DNA from: Demequinaceae bacterium
GTDB taxonomy: Bacteria > Actinomycetota > Actinomycetes > Actinomycetales > Demequinaceae
Assembly: GCA_965250005.1 (NCBI GenBank)
Contig: OZ252279.1
Span: 1,830,001-1,862,000, forward strand
DNA length: 32,000 bases
Reading direction: 5' to 3'
Shown: positions 1 to 10,001 of the stretch, in pieces
Layout of the letters: every line of letters begins with the position of its first letter
Numbering within the stretch: position 1 is the stretch's first letter
Program-made: the position numbers and the translations under genes
The notes under the pieces: generated by a model
Database searches by the model: none
The model's input: the letters and a program-made list of their open reading frames with translations, nothing else
What the model was told of the DNA's origin: nothing

Positions 1-976
1 GGGCATCTACGCGTTCGATGCCGATGCGTTGCGAGAGGCGCTCGCTCAGCTACGCCAGGACAACGACCAGGGCGAGATGTACCTCACCGATGTGATTCGT
101 CTGGCCCGCGAGGCTAACGGAAAGGTGCGTGCCATCATGACCGATGACCCTACGGAAGCCGAGGGGATCAACGACAAGGTGCAGCTCGCTGTTGCTGCGG
201 CGCTCCTCAATCGATCCATCGTCGAGAAATGGATGCGCGCGGGCGTGACCATCGTTGACCCGTCCACTACGTGGATCGACGCCGACGTCACGCTGGCCCC
301 CGACGTCACCATCCTGCCGGGTACGCAATTGCATGGTGCGACGGCCATCGCCACCGGCGCGACCGTGGGGCCCGACACCACACTCGATAGTGTGACCGTA
401 GGCGAAGGCGCTACCGTGATCCGCACCCATGGTTCTGACTCCGTGATTGGCCAGGGTGCCATCGTGGGGCCATTCGCGTACCTACGCCCAGGCACCATCT
501 TGGGCGACGCCGCCAAGATCGGTACGTTCGTGGAGACCAAGAACGCGCGGATCGGCGACGGCGCGAAGGTGCCGCACCTGAGTTACGTGGGTGACGCGAC
601 GGTGGGCGAAGGGTCGAACATTGGTGCGGCGACCATCTTTGTGAATTACGACGGCGTGACCAAGTCACACACCACCGTGGGTAAGCACGTGAAGATTGGA
701 TCGGACAACATGTTGGTCGCTCCCGTCAGCGTGGGCGACGGCGCTTACACGGGCGCTGGCTCGGTCATTCGGGACGACGTCCCCCCGGGAGCGCTGGGAA
801 TCAACACGGCTCCGCAGCGAAACATCGCCGGCTGGGTGGAGCGCAGGCGGCCCGGAACTCCGTCGGCTCTGGCTGCCGCCGCCGCGTCTGATGGAGTGGC
901 GGCGCCCGAGGCGCTATCGTCACAAGCAAAGAAGGAATTGGCCGCCGCCGAGCAAGTAGACGACCAGGGAGAATAA
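1..976 (+). CDS. glmU: Bifunctional UDP-N-acetylglucosamine pyrophosphorylase / glucosamine-1-phosphate N-acetyltransferase, C-terminal portion (5' end outside window)
   Basis: Reading frame is open from base 2 ([32 protein letters not shown]...). Left-handed beta-helix hexapeptide-type acyltransferase with [38 protein letters not shown] and [11 protein letters not shown] motifs. Stop TAA overlaps the prs start (TAATG). Confidence 0.96.
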   Translation, partial: GIYAFDADALREALAQLRQDNDQGEMYLTDVIRLAREANGKVRAIMTDDPTEAEGINDKVQLAVAAALLNRSIVEKWMRAGVTIVDPSTTWIDADVTLAPDVTILPGTQLHGATAIATGATVGPDTTLDSVTVGEGATVIRTHGSDSVIGQGAIVGPFAYLRPGTILGDAAKIGTFVETKNARIGDGAKVPHLSYVGDATVGEGSNIGAATIFVNYDGVTKSHTTVGKHVKIGSDNMLVAPVSVGDGAYTGAGSVIRDDVPPGALGINTAPQRNIAGWVERRRPGTPSALAAAAASDGVAAPEALSSQAKKELAAAEQVDDQGE

Positions 977-1956
977 TGACCGCGCCCATCACCCGCACCA
1001 ACGAACGTCGCATGGTGATCGCATCCGGACGGGCGCACCCCGAGCTCGCGGCAGCGGTCGCGGAAGAGCTCGAAACGGAGCTTCTTCCCACCGATGCTTA
1101 CACGTTCGCGAACGGCGAATTGTATGTGCGGTTTGGCGACAGCGTGCGGGGCACGGACGCGTTCGTGCTTCAATCTCACGCGGCGCCCATCAACGAGGCG
1201 ATCATGGAGCACCTCATTATGGTCGACGCCCTGAAGCGCGCGTCGGCCAAGCGCATCACTGTTGTGATGCCCTGCTACGGCTACGCACGTCAGGACAAGA
1301 AGCACCGTGGCCGCGAGCCCATTAGCGCTCGCCTCATGGCGGACCTCTTCAAATCCGCAGGTGCGGATCGCATCATGTCGGTGGACTTACACACGTCCCA
1401 GATCCAAGGGTTCTTTGACGGCCCCGTCGACCACCTGTGGGCGATGCCGCTGCTGGCCACCTACATGCGTACGCGCATCGCACCGGACAACCTCACCATC
1501 GTCTCCCCGGATGCCGGCCGCGTCCGCCTCGCAGACCAATGGTCAGATCACCTGGGCGCGCCCCTCGCGATCATTCACAAGCGCCGCGACCCCAGCGTGC
1601 CCAACCAGACCAAGGTCCATGAGTTGGTCGGTGAGGTCGAAGGCCGCACCTGTGTGCTGGTTGACGACATGATCGACACCGGCGGCACCATTGTTCAGGC
1701 AGCCGAAGCGCTGTTTGAGAACGGCGCCAAGGACGTGATCGTGGCCGCGACGCACGGGCTGCTCTCCGGCCCCGCCATGGAGCGCTTGCGCGACTCGCAG
1801 ATTTCCGAAGTGGTCATCACAGACACCTTGCCCATCAGTGAGGACAAGACGTTCGACGGACTCACGGTGCTGTCGATCGCGCCACTGCTCGCCCGCGCGG
1901 TCCGCGAAGTGTTTGACGACGGATCGGTCACCAGCCTGTTCGCTGGCAACTCCTAG
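976..1956 (+). CDS. prs: Ribose-phosphate pyrophosphokinase
   Basis: 326 aa. MVIASGRAHPELA, YARQDKKHRGREPISARLMADL and the PRPP loop VLVDDMIDTGGTI. Adjacent to glmU as in other actinobacteria. Confidence 0.97.
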   Translation: MTAPITRTNERRMVIASGRAHPELAAAVAEELETELLPTDAYTFANGELYVRFGDSVRGTDAFVLQSHAAPINEAIMEHLIMVDALKRASAKRITVVMPCYGYARQDKKHRGREPISARLMADLFKSAGADRIMSVDLHTSQIQGFFDGPVDHLWAMPLLATYMRTRIAPDNLTIVSPDAGRVRLADQWSDHLGAPLAIIHKRRDPSVPNQTKVHELVGEVEGRTCVLVDDMIDTGGTIVQAAEALFENGAKDVIVAATHGLLSGPAMERLRDSQISEVVITDTLPISEDKTFDGLTVLSIAPLLARAVREVFDDGSVTSLFAGNS

Positions 1957-1979
1957 AAATCGAGAGCCCGCGCGAGAAC

Positions 1980-2219
1980 CTACGCAGCCGGGCTAGGGGA
2001 CGCACTGGCGCCGGGCGATGGGCTCGGCGAGGGACCAGGCGAAGGCGTCGGGTCTGTGGGAGTCTCCGTCACCACGGGCGCGGGCTCGGGCTCGGGACTG
2101 AATTCGCCAGTCATGAACAGCACGACGCCGTACGAGCCCGCAATCACTGCGAGCCCTAACCCAACGCCGATGCCAATCCCCGCGAGCACGCCCCATGGGC
2201 TGCGTGTGTCTATTCCCAT
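1980..2219 (-). CDS. Small single-TM protein with Pro/Ser/Thr-rich extracytoplasmic tail
   Basis: 79 aa from ATG at 2219 (MGIDTRSPWGVLAGIGIGVGLGLAVIAGSYGVVLFMTGEFSPEPEPAP...). Start overlaps the upstream gene's stop (TGATG), suggesting translational coupling. Confidence 0.6.
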   Translation of the reverse strand: MGIDTRSPWGVLAGIGIGVGLGLAVIAGSYGVVLFMTGEFSPEPEPAPVVTETPTDPTPSPGPSPSPSPGASASPSPAA

Positions 2220-3472
2220 CAAACGCACTCGTACGCGAGTGAGTTCGCGTCCGGGCGCAAGCCCAGCAGCCACGCGCCGTCGGGGCGCTGCACCGCGATG
2301 AGCGAGTTGACGTCCAAGAAGTCGTCAATGTTGGCGTAGGGGTACGGGATCTCCACCCCGGCGTCCCAGTCCCAGCCGTAACTGACGTCGTCCAAGTGAT
2401 CGCGGATGGCGATTGCTGCCAGATTGCCGCCCTCGAGCGGAGTATAGACAGACACGCCATTGGGCGCAGTGCCCGCCACCTCCCAGACCAAGTCCACGTG
2501 CGCGGCCTCGATGGTCCAATGCGCCGGGTAGCAGATGCCGGACCCGGCGCCAATCACGTGGTCCGTGCCGTCCCACTCCAGGTACGAGGTGTAGAACATC
2601 CCGTCGGCCCAGTCGATCGCGGTGTACTGGCTCGCCGGGATGTCGTCCGCACTGAACAGGTGGATGGCGCCGTACGGCAGGCGTAGTGCGTACGAGATGT
2701 TCGTCAGGCCCGGTAGCCCGAACGCCTCCCATTCCAGTTGGACGATGTCCGTGTCGCCGTAGACCGCCAGCGTGGTGACGTCTGCCGAGGCGCGCGGGTC
2801 GTAAATGATGTCGGCGTCCGTGACCGGGGGCAACAGGAAATTGCCATCGCCCAGGACGCTCTGCCAACTGAGGAAGTTGTGCAGAGTCTGGCCGGTCGCG
2901 AGGCGGTAGCCAGGCTGCGGTTCAAACGCGGACGGGTACGTCAGGCTGTCGTAAAATGTGTCACCGTCGATGGATACGCCCGCGTTGAGATCGTCGGGCA
3001 CAGCCATGCACGGATCGCCGATGCGCGCCGACGGGCACGTGATGAACCATGCGTTCGTGCCGTTTACCTCAAACAGGCCGCGGATGTCGCTGTACGCGTC
3101 GAACTCGACGCGCTCGTTTACGGCCACGAGGATGTCGGCCGTCCCGCGGTCGCCCACGTCAAAGAAGGTGATGTCTGCTAGGGAATCAAAATATGCTGGG
3201 GCAACCGCGAGTTCTGCGGGGGCGTGCCAGACCTCGTCGGTGCGCGGGTCCACGAGGTGCGCGAGTGCCGCGGCATCATCAATTGCGGCGGACCGGAGGC
3301 CGTCGAAGGGTTCCTCGGGTGGGGCAGGGGTCGGCGAAGCGCTAGGGGACGGTGTCGGGGCGGGGGTCGCTCCTCCGGGCGCGGGCTCAGGGTCGGGAAC
3401 GCACGCGGCAAGCGCCAGTACGGCGGCGACAAGTGTCGAAACGATGGCAGGGGTGCGGCGGGCGCGGGTCAT
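2219..3472 (-). CDS. Predicted lipoprotein of unknown function (paralogue of the next upstream gene)
   Basis: Start ATG at 3472 with GGAGG-like RBS (revcomp agccctggaggatttcatg). Signal peptide with lipobox VLALAACVPD, Pro/Ser/Thr linker, then a ~370 aa domain. Confidence 0.85.
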   Translation of the reverse strand: MTRARRTPAIVSTLVAAVLALAACVPDPEPAPGGATPAPTPSPSASPTPAPPEEPFDGLRSAAIDDAAALAHLVDPRTDEVWHAPAELAVAPAYFDSLADITFFDVGDRGTADILVAVNERVEFDAYSDIRGLFEVNGTNAWFITCPSARIGDPCMAVPDDLNAGVSIDGDTFYDSLTYPSAFEPQPGYRLATGQTLHNFLSWQSVLGDGNFLLPPVTDADIIYDPRASADVTTLAVYGDTDIVQLEWEAFGLPGLTNISYALRLPYGAIHLFSADDIPASQYTAIDWADGMFYTSYLEWDGTDHVIGAGSGICYPAHWTIEAAHVDLVWEVAGTAPNGVSVYTPLEGGNLAAIAIRDHLDDVSYGWDWDAGVEIPYPYANIDDFLDVNSLIAVQRPDGAWLLGLRPDANSLAYECV

Positions 3473-3542
3473 GAAATCCTCCAGGGCTCTTGGCACCGAC
3501 TCTAGCGAGAATGTGGACAAAGCGCCCTGGCGCGGTGGCGCG

Positions 3543-4739
3543 TTAGCACCAGGCGCGGCCCGAGTACGCACCATTGAGATACGCGATCCACACATCTGCG
3601 TCCGAGGACTTGTACCCCACGATTCCCGGGGCGTCCGTGAACTGCTCGAAGCTACGCGGCGTTTCCCCCCGGCTCTGGGCGGCGGCCACGTACGTCAAGA
3701 ACATGGGAGCGGCCAGCGGGTGCGTCTCCGTCATGACGTAGACGTTCTCTCCGCGGGACGTGGTGCCCGCCTGGATCCAGTCAGTGTCGAGGATCCCGAT
3801 GAGGACGGTGTTGTGGTCGTGGTCCCAGAGTCCGCACGCGGAGTCGTTTATGTCGGCCATGTATACACCGGTGTCTGACTCGAGCGACACTGTGATGTTC
3901 CAGGTGACGTCGTCGAAGCCTTCGAATGGCAGGTACGTGAGCGTGATCACCGCGCCGTAAGGAGTGGTGAGTACGTAGAAGAGATCGTCATACGCGAGAT
4001 CCTCTGGTTCGTCTGTGCCGTAGGCGTCTGCCCACACCCAGTCCACGGGCACGCGATAGCGCTCCACGCGGTAGCCGCCGATCGTGTCGACTACATCGCT
4101 TTCCGGCTGCGTGGCTACCGTGTAGCCGGGAACGGCGAGCCCACCGCGGTTGAAATCGGGCACCAGGAGGGGCTCCCCGGACGGCAGCGTGAACTGCGCG
4201 GGCAGCGTCAGCGAGTCATAGTAGATCTGATCGTTGATGGGCACTTCGGGGAAGCCAAAGGTCGCGCCGCCGTCACCCGTCACGGCGTCGCGGCCCGAAG
4301 GGTATGCGATCCACTCCCAGGTGCCGTCCAGTGTGCGCTCGAACACCTCAGTGAGGTAGTCATCGCTATAGGACACGATGGTGCGCGTGCCTCGCTGGCC
4401 GATCTCGTACCAGCGGACGGGGTTCGAGTCGAGGTATGAGTCGCCTACCGCCCACGACGGTGTGGGAATCTCGCGCGGCGCGAAGAACCACGTTTCGCCT
4501 GTTGCGGGGTTGAGCAGCCGAGCCAGCGCCTCGCCGTCCGTCATGTTCGCGTCGCGGCGCTCAAAGGTTTCGGTGTCCGTGGGGGACTCCGAGGGTTCAG
4601 GTGTGAGAGTGCTTGAGGCGGTTGGCCCCGCGGTAATCCCTGCCGTGGGCTGGGCCGTGCTGGTGGGAGAATTCGTTGGTTCGGGCGCGCTGTTGCACGC
4701 CGCGAGCACCATTGCTCCCGCGGCAAGTGTTGCGCCCAA
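3543..4739 (-). CDS. Predicted lipoprotein of unknown function (paralogue of downstream gene)
   Basis: Lipobox MVLAACNSAP, Ser/Thr/Pro linker, then a domain resembling the 2219..3472 product (ALARLLNPATGETWFFAP versus ALAHLVDPRTDEVWHAP; YYDSLTLPAQF versus FYDSLTYPSAF). Start is uncertain: TTG at 4739 or a possible ATT at 4763. Confidence 0.82.
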   Translation of the reverse strand: MGATLAAGAMVLAACNSAPEPTNSPTSTAQPTAGITAGPTASSTLTPEPSESPTDTETFERRDANMTDGEALARLLNPATGETWFFAPREIPTPSWAVGDSYLDSNPVRWYEIGQRGTRTIVSYSDDYLTEVFERTLDGTWEWIAYPSGRDAVTGDGGATFGFPEVPINDQIYYDSLTLPAQFTLPSGEPLLVPDFNRGGLAVPGYTVATQPESDVVDTIGGYRVERYRVPVDWVWADAYGTDEPEDLAYDDLFYVLTTPYGAVITLTYLPFEGFDDVTWNITVSLESDTGVYMADINDSACGLWDHDHNTVLIGILDTDWIQAGTTSRGENVYVMTETHPLAAPMFLTYVAAAQSRGETPRSFEQFTDAPGIVGYKSSDADVWIAYLNGAYSGRAWC

Positions 4740-4970
4740 GCGAGCACGTGCGTTGGAAAGAATTGCCCACCCCTTTCAGCCATCAACAATGCTACCGAAG
4801 CCGATGCTCGCGCGCCGTGGCGGGCAGGTCGCAATTTGGTCACGGTCGCGGGTACACTGGCAACGTTCCTCGGCGAGGGAGTGCGTCTAGCTCCGTGATC
4901 GACGCGGCAGATTGCTCGCAGCCTGCCTTGCCTTGGCTCGCAAACTGACCGTATACAAGGAGCACATCCC

Positions 4971-5639
4971 ATGGTTGACCAGATCACTCTCGCTGCCGAG
5001 AAGCGCACCGAGTTTGGCAAGGGCGCTGCGCGACGCGCGCGCGCCGAAGGCAAGATTCCCGCCGTCCTGTACGGCCACGGCGCGGACCCCGTCCACGTGC
5101 TGCTTCCGGGCCACGACACGATGATGGCGCTCAAGCATCAGAACGTGCTGTTGAGCGTTGAGTTCGGCAAAGAGAAAGAAATGGCGATCGCTAAGGACGC
5201 GCAGATCAACCCCGTGCGCCAAAGCATCGAGCACGTAGACCTGCTGCTTGTTCGCGCAGGCGAGAAGATCACCGTTGACGTGCCCGTCCACCTTGAGGGC
5301 GAGACCATCTCTGGCACCATTGCTGTGCTTGAGAATGCGTCACTGCAGGTTGCCGCCGAGGCGACTCACCTGCCCGAGTTCGTCACCATCGACGTCGAGG
5401 GTCTAGACGAAGGTGCGCGCATCTTTGCGCGCGATGTCAAGATGCCCGAGGGTTCCGTGCTGGTGACAGACGGCGACGCGCTCGTTGTCGCGATTCAGAT
5501 TCCGCGCCAGGCCGCCGCAGATGAAGCCGCCGAGGTGGCTGCTGAAGAGGCCGCTGCCGAACTGGCTGCCGAGGGCGCAGAAGGCGCCGAGGGCGCAGAA
5601 GGCGAAGCTGGCGACGCCGGCGAGGAGTCGTCCGAGTAA
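4971..5639 (+). CDS. rplY: 50S ribosomal protein L25/general stress protein Ctc
   Basis: 222 aa: LAAEKRTEFGKGAARRARAEGKIPAVLYGHG N-terminal domain, TL5 domain with VDLLLVRAGEKITVDVPVHLEGE, acidic Ala/Glu-rich tail. RBS AAGGAG upstream of ATG. Confidence 0.96.
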   Translation: MVDQITLAAEKRTEFGKGAARRARAEGKIPAVLYGHGADPVHVLLPGHDTMMALKHQNVLLSVEFGKEKEMAIAKDAQINPVRQSIEHVDLLLVRAGEKITVDVPVHLEGETISGTIAVLENASLQVAAEATHLPEFVTIDVEGLDEGARIFARDVKMPEGSVLVTDGDALVVAIQIPRQAAADEAAEVAAEEAAAELAAEGAEGAEGAEGEAGDAGEESSE

Positions 5640-5644
5640 ATCGG

Positions 5645-6259
5645 ATGCCCCTGTTTCGGAAGCGGGAACCGATGGCTGCTCTTGTAGTCGGGCTGGGAAA
5701 CCCCGGGCCCGAATACGCCGCGACGCGCCACAACGTCGGCCACATGGTGGTCGCCGAACTGGCGCGTCGCGCGGGCGCCTCGCTCTCCGCGACTAAGCAC
5801 CATGCCCTCGCGGCGTCGGTGCGCCTGGGAACCGTGAACGGAGCACTCGGGCCTGCGGCCGTTCTTGCATCGCCGCTGTCATACATGAATGTGAGCGGCG
5901 GACCCGTCGCCGGTCTCGCAAGATTCTACAAAGTCCCTGCCTCAGAAGTCATCGTGATTCACGACGAGCTCGACTTGCCATACGGCACCGTCAAACTCAA
6001 ACGCGGCGGCGGCGCGGGGGGCCATAATGGGATCAAGGACGTCACCAAGGCGTTGGGCGGCCCCGAGTTTGTTCGCGTCCGCGCCGGAGTGGGGCGGCCG
6101 CCCGGACGCCAAGATCCCGCGGCCTTCGTGCTTAAACCGTTCTCCGCTGCCGAGCGTAAGGAGCTCCCCTGGGTCATCGACACCTGCGCCGATGCTGTGG
6201 AGATGATCGTGGCCGAGGGGCTTGAGGCCGCGCAGATGAAGTTTCACACCTCCGACTAG
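5645..6259 (+). CDS. pth: Peptidyl-tRNA hydrolase
   Basis: VVGLGNPGPEYAATRHNVGHMV, YMNVSGGPV, VIHDELDLPYGTVKLKRGGGAGGHNGIKD motifs. Start may be the internal ATG at 5672. Confidence 0.96.
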   Translation: MPLFRKREPMAALVVGLGNPGPEYAATRHNVGHMVVAELARRAGASLSATKHHALAASVRLGTVNGALGPAAVLASPLSYMNVSGGPVAGLARFYKVPASEVIVIHDELDLPYGTVKLKRGGGAGGHNGIKDVTKALGGPEFVRVRAGVGRPPGRQDPAAFVLKPFSAAERKELPWVIDTCADAVEMIVAEGLEAAQMKFHTSD

Positions 6260-6341
6260 TAGATTCGCAGGCTCACGAGCCAACACGTAGCGTGTGTGGT
6301 CGGTCTCCTGAAGAGGCTACGGCGGGCGGGGGTTCATCGCC

Positions 6342-9300
6342 TTGGGCGCGCTCGAGGTTTTCGCGCGCCGAGCGCGAACTACGATGGATGAGCCGGCGAT
6401 CGCCGGACCTGTTGTCGTGCCCGGACGCAGGAACAGAGCCTGGAGAACCGTGACCGACGCACCCGCCCTCGCACCCATTCTTGAGGCATTGGCGACGGAC
6501 GATGCCCTCGCCGGCGTGACCTTGTCAGACGCGCACGTCACGGCGGCTACCGCCGCCGCTCCGGCGCTAGTCGCGCTCGCCGCCAGGGACGCGAGGGCAG
6601 CTGGCGCCGTCGACTCAACGAGGCTCGTGGTGACGGCCACGGGCAGGGATGCCGAGGCCTTCGCCGAGGCGCTGAGCGCATTCATCCCCCATCAGCGGAT
6701 CGCGCTCTTCCCCGCGTGGGAAACGCTGCCGCACGAGCGCCTGTCGCCCCGCGCGGACACGGTCGCCACCCGCCTCGCCACGCTCCGGCGGCTCACGCAC
6801 CCCCAGGATGTTGCGCAGGAGACGAGCGCGCCGCCGCTCGCGGTGGTAGTCGCGCCGGTACGCGCGCTCATGCAGCCCATGGTCGCCGGTCTGGCAGACA
6901 TGGAGCCGGTGCGCGCCCGCGTGGGAGAGCGGCATGATCTGACCGTGCTTGCTGAGGCGCTCGCAGGTGCCGCGTACACCCGGGTGGACATGGTTGAGCG
7001 GCGCGGCGAGTTCGCGGTGCGCGGCGGAATCGTCGATGTGTTCGCGCCCACCGACCCGCATCCGGTGCGTGTGGAATTCTTTGGCGACGAGGTGGAGTCG
7101 ATCCGCCAGTTCTCTGTAGCTGATCAGCGATCAATCGAGCCGGCGACGCCCGCGGACGCCCCCGAGTTCTTGTGGGCGCCGCCGTGCCGCGAGTTGCTGC
7201 TCACGGACGCGATCCGGAGCCGGGCGCGCTCGCTCCAGGACTCGATCCCTGCGGTTGCGGACATGCTGGGCCGTATCGCCTCCGGGGTTGCCGTCGAGGG
7301 AATGGAGAGCCTGATCCCAGTTCTCGTGGACCGGCTCGTGCCTCTTGTCGACATTCTGCCCGCCTCGATAGAGGTGCTCGCGGTCGAGCCCGAACGGCTC
7401 GCCCGACGCGCTGAAGACCTCATTAAGACCTCCCACGAGTTCCTGGGCGCCGCGTGGGCCAGCGCGTCTGCGGGCGCGCAGTCGCCACTGGACTTGAGCG
7501 GCGGGTCGTTTATCCCGCTGGACGAGGTGCACGCGTTGGCGACCGCCCGCGGCATCGCGTGGGGAACGGTCGGCCCGTTTGGCGGCGCGGATTCGGCGGC
7601 GACCGGGCTCGCCGATCCGGAAGATTTCGCGGGCCAGATCGAGCGCGCGCTCGCCGCTGTGAAGCAACGGGTGGCTGACGGTTGGCGCGTCGTCTTCACG
7701 ACGGCTGGAACCGGTAGCGCGCAGCGCCTGACCGAACAGTGCGGCGAGGTGGGCATCCCCGCCCGCGTCCAGGAGCAGTATGAGCACATCGAGAACGTCG
7801 TTTCGGTAGTGCCGCGCGTGACTATGCGGGGCTGGACGGCCGCCGGCGCGCGCCTGCTGGTGCTCAGCGAGGCTGACCTCACTGGCCGCGCGGGGACAGC
7901 GGGCGGCCGGAAGCTGCGCACGGCCACCCGCCGTCGGAATGCCGTTGACCCCCTCCAGCTGCGGCCAGGTGACTACGTGGTCCACGAGCAGCACGGCGTC
8001 GGCAAGTTCGTGGAGCTCACGCAGCGCAGCGTGCGCGGCACTGACCGCGAGTACCTCGTGATCGAGTACGCCGCGTCGAAGAAGGGACAGGCAGGCGACC
8101 GCCTCAGCGTTCCAACGGACCAGCTGGACCAGGTCACCAAGTACGTAGGCGGCGAGGCGCCGAGCGTCAACAAGATGGGCGGGTCGGATTGGGCCAAGAG
8201 CAAAGGCAAGGCGCGCAAGGCCGTCAAGGAGATCGCTGCGGAGTTGATCCGGCTCTATAGCGCGCGAATGGCGAGCAAGGGCCGCGAATTCGGCCCGGAT
8301 ACTCCTTGGCAGCGCGAGCTTGAGGAGGCCTTCGCGTTCGTCGAAACGCCGGACCAGCTCAGCACCATTGACGAGGTCAAGGAGGACATGGAGAAGGACG
8401 TCCCCATGGACCGGCTGGTATGCGGCGACGTGGGATTTGGCAAGACGGAGGTGGCCGTGCGCGCCGCGTTCAAGGCGATCCAGGACGGCGCTCAAGTGGC
8501 GGTCTTGGTCCCCACCACGCTGCTCGTGAAGCAGCACGTCGACACCTTCGCCGAGCGCTTCGCGCAGTTCCCCGTCAAGATCGCGGCGCTGTCGCGGTTC
8601 CAGACAGACAAGGAGGCGCGCATCGTGATGGAGGGCATGGCCGACGGTACGATCGACCTGGTCATCGGCACCCACCGGCTGCTCACCGGGCACGCACGCT
8701 TCAAGGACCTCGGGCTGATCATCGTGGACGAGGAGCAGCGGTTCGGCGTTGAGCACAAGGAAACCCTCAAGGCGATGCGCACCAACGTGGACGTACTGGC
8801 GATGTCTGCGACGCCCATCCCTCGCACCCTCGAGATGGCCGTCACCGGCATCCGAGAGATGTCCACGCTTGCGACGCCTCCAGAGGACCGGCACCCGATC
8901 CTCACGTACGTTGGCCCGCACGAGGACCAGCAGGTGATCGCCGCCATCCGCCGCGAACTGCTGCGCGATGGCCAGGTGTTCTACATTCACAACACGGTCT
9001 CCAGCATCAACCGCGTGGCAGCCCAGCTCCAGGACATGGTTCCCGAGGCGCGCATCGTCGTGGCGCACGGCCAAATGGGAGAGCATCAACTGGAGCAAGC
9101 GATCGTCGACTACTACGACAAGAAGTTCGACGTGCTGGTGTGCACCACGATCGTGGAGACTGGCCTGGACATCTCGAATGCAAACACGCTGATCGTGGAC
9201 CACGCGGAGAAGTTCGGACTGTCGCAGTTGCACCAGTTACGGGGCCGCGTTGGCCGGGCCCGCGAGCGCGCGTACGCGTACTTTCTGTACCCGCCGGATC

Positions 9301-10001
9301 GCACGCTCACCGAGCTCGCGCACGACAGGCTGCAGACCATCGCCGCCAACACCGACTTGGGCGCGGGTATGGCCGTCGCCATGAAGGACCTCGAGATCCG
9401 CGGCGCTGGCAACCTGCTGGGCGGCCAGCAATCTGGGTTTATCGAGGGCGTGGGGTTCGATCTCTACATCCGCATGGTGGGCGAGGCCGTCGCCGCGTTC
9501 CGGGGCGAGGGAGAAGATCAGGAACGCGCACCCATGACCATCGAAATGCCGATCGACGCCCACATCCCTGCCACGTACATCGAACACGAGAGGCTGCGGC
9601 TCGAGGCGTATCGCAAGATCGCCGACGCCGACGACGCCACCACACTTGAGGCCATCGCGGCGGAGCTCCGGGACCGCTACGGCGCTCCGCCTGAACCCGT
9701 CGAGGCACTGTTTGCGGTGGCGACCCTGCGGCTCGAGGTACGAGCCGCAGGCATCACCGACGTGGTGTCGCAGGGAAAGTACGTGCGATTCTCGCCGGTA
9801 GAGTTAGCCGACAGTGCGACGCTGCGCATCCGCCGGATCTACCCCGGAACCTTGTTCAAGCCCGCGTTGCGCCAAATCCTGGTACCGGCCGCCATGACGG
9901 CTCGTCTGGGCGGAGAGCCCATCTCCGGCTTTCCTGCGCTCGACTGGGTACGCGGAGTCATGGAAGCCGCCGCGCTGACTGCCGATAAGATCGCACCATG
10001 A
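6342..10001 (+). CDS. mfd: Transcription-repair coupling factor
   Basis: ~1219 aa. RNAP-interaction domain (LRPGDYVVHEQHGVGKFVELTQR), helicase motifs VCGDVGFGKTEVAVRAAFKA, DEEQRFGV, SATPIPRT, TRG motif (LHQLRGRVGR) and C-terminal Mfd domain. The exact start may lie slightly downstream (6384). Confidence 0.96.
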   Translation: MGALEVFARRARTTMDEPAIAGPVVVPGRRNRAWRTVTDAPALAPILEALATDDALAGVTLSDAHVTAATAAAPALVALAARDARAAGAVDSTRLVVTATGRDAEAFAEALSAFIPHQRIALFPAWETLPHERLSPRADTVATRLATLRRLTHPQDVAQETSAPPLAVVVAPVRALMQPMVAGLADMEPVRARVGERHDLTVLAEALAGAAYTRVDMVERRGEFAVRGGIVDVFAPTDPHPVRVEFFGDEVESIRQFSVADQRSIEPATPADAPEFLWAPPCRELLLTDAIRSRARSLQDSIPAVADMLGRIASGVAVEGMESLIPVLVDRLVPLVDILPASIEVLAVEPERLARRAEDLIKTSHEFLGAAWASASAGAQSPLDLSGGSFIPLDEVHALATARGIAWGTVGPFGGADSAATGLADPEDFAGQIERALAAVKQRVADGWRVVFTTAGTGSAQRLTEQCGEVGIPARVQEQYEHIENVVSVVPRVTMRGWTAAGARLLVLSEADLTGRAGTAGGRKLRTATRRRNAVDPLQLRPGDYVVHEQHGVGKFVELTQRSVRGTDREYLVIEYAASKKGQAGDRLSVPTDQLDQVTKYVGGEAPSVNKMGGSDWAKSKGKARKAVKEIAAELIRLYSARMASKGREFGPDTPWQRELEEAFAFVETPDQLSTIDEVKEDMEKDVPMDRLVCGDVGFGKTEVAVRAAFKAIQDGAQVAVLVPTTLLVKQHVDTFAERFAQFPVKIAALSRFQTDKEARIVMEGMADGTIDLVIGTHRLLTGHARFKDLGLIIVDEEQRFGVEHKETLKAMRTNVDVLAMSATPIPRTLEMAVTGIREMSTLATPPEDRHPILTYVGPHEDQQVIAAIRRELLRDGQVFYIHNTVSSINRVAAQLQDMVPEARIVVAHGQMGEHQLEQAIVDYYDKKFDVLVCTTIVETGLDISNANTLIVDHAEKFGLSQLHQLRGRVGRARERAYAYFLYPPDRTLTELAHDRLQTIAANTDLGAGMAVAMKDLEIRGAGNLLGGQQSGFIEGVGFDLYIRMVGEAVAAFRGEGEDQERAPMTIEMPIDAHIPATYIEHERLRLEAYRKIADADDATTLEAIAAELRDRYGAPPEPVEALFAVATLRLEVRAAGITDVVSQGKYVRFSPVELADSATLRIRRIYPGTLFKPALRQILVPAAMTARLGGEPISGFPALDWVRGVMEAAALTADKIAP

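Noticed and set aside
4925-4962. TTGCCT-N18-TATACA promoter-like sequence before rplY
   Set aside because: The -10-like hexamer abuts the AAGGAG RBS of rplY, leaving no room for a transcription start and leader, so it is more likely coincidental.
5571-5604. 16-nt perfect tandem repeat GAGGGCGCAGAAGGCG (5571-5586 and 5589-5604)
   Set aside because: Lies in the Ala/Glu/Gly-rich C-terminal tail of L25/Ctc. Explained by low-complexity coding sequence rather than a regulatory or mobile repeat.
7131-9233. 700-aa minus-strand ORF opposite mfd
   Set aside because: Antisense to a fully recognisable Mfd sequence. Composition (Arg/His/Leu-rich) is that of an opposite-strand open frame typical of high-GC genomes, with no recognisable motif.
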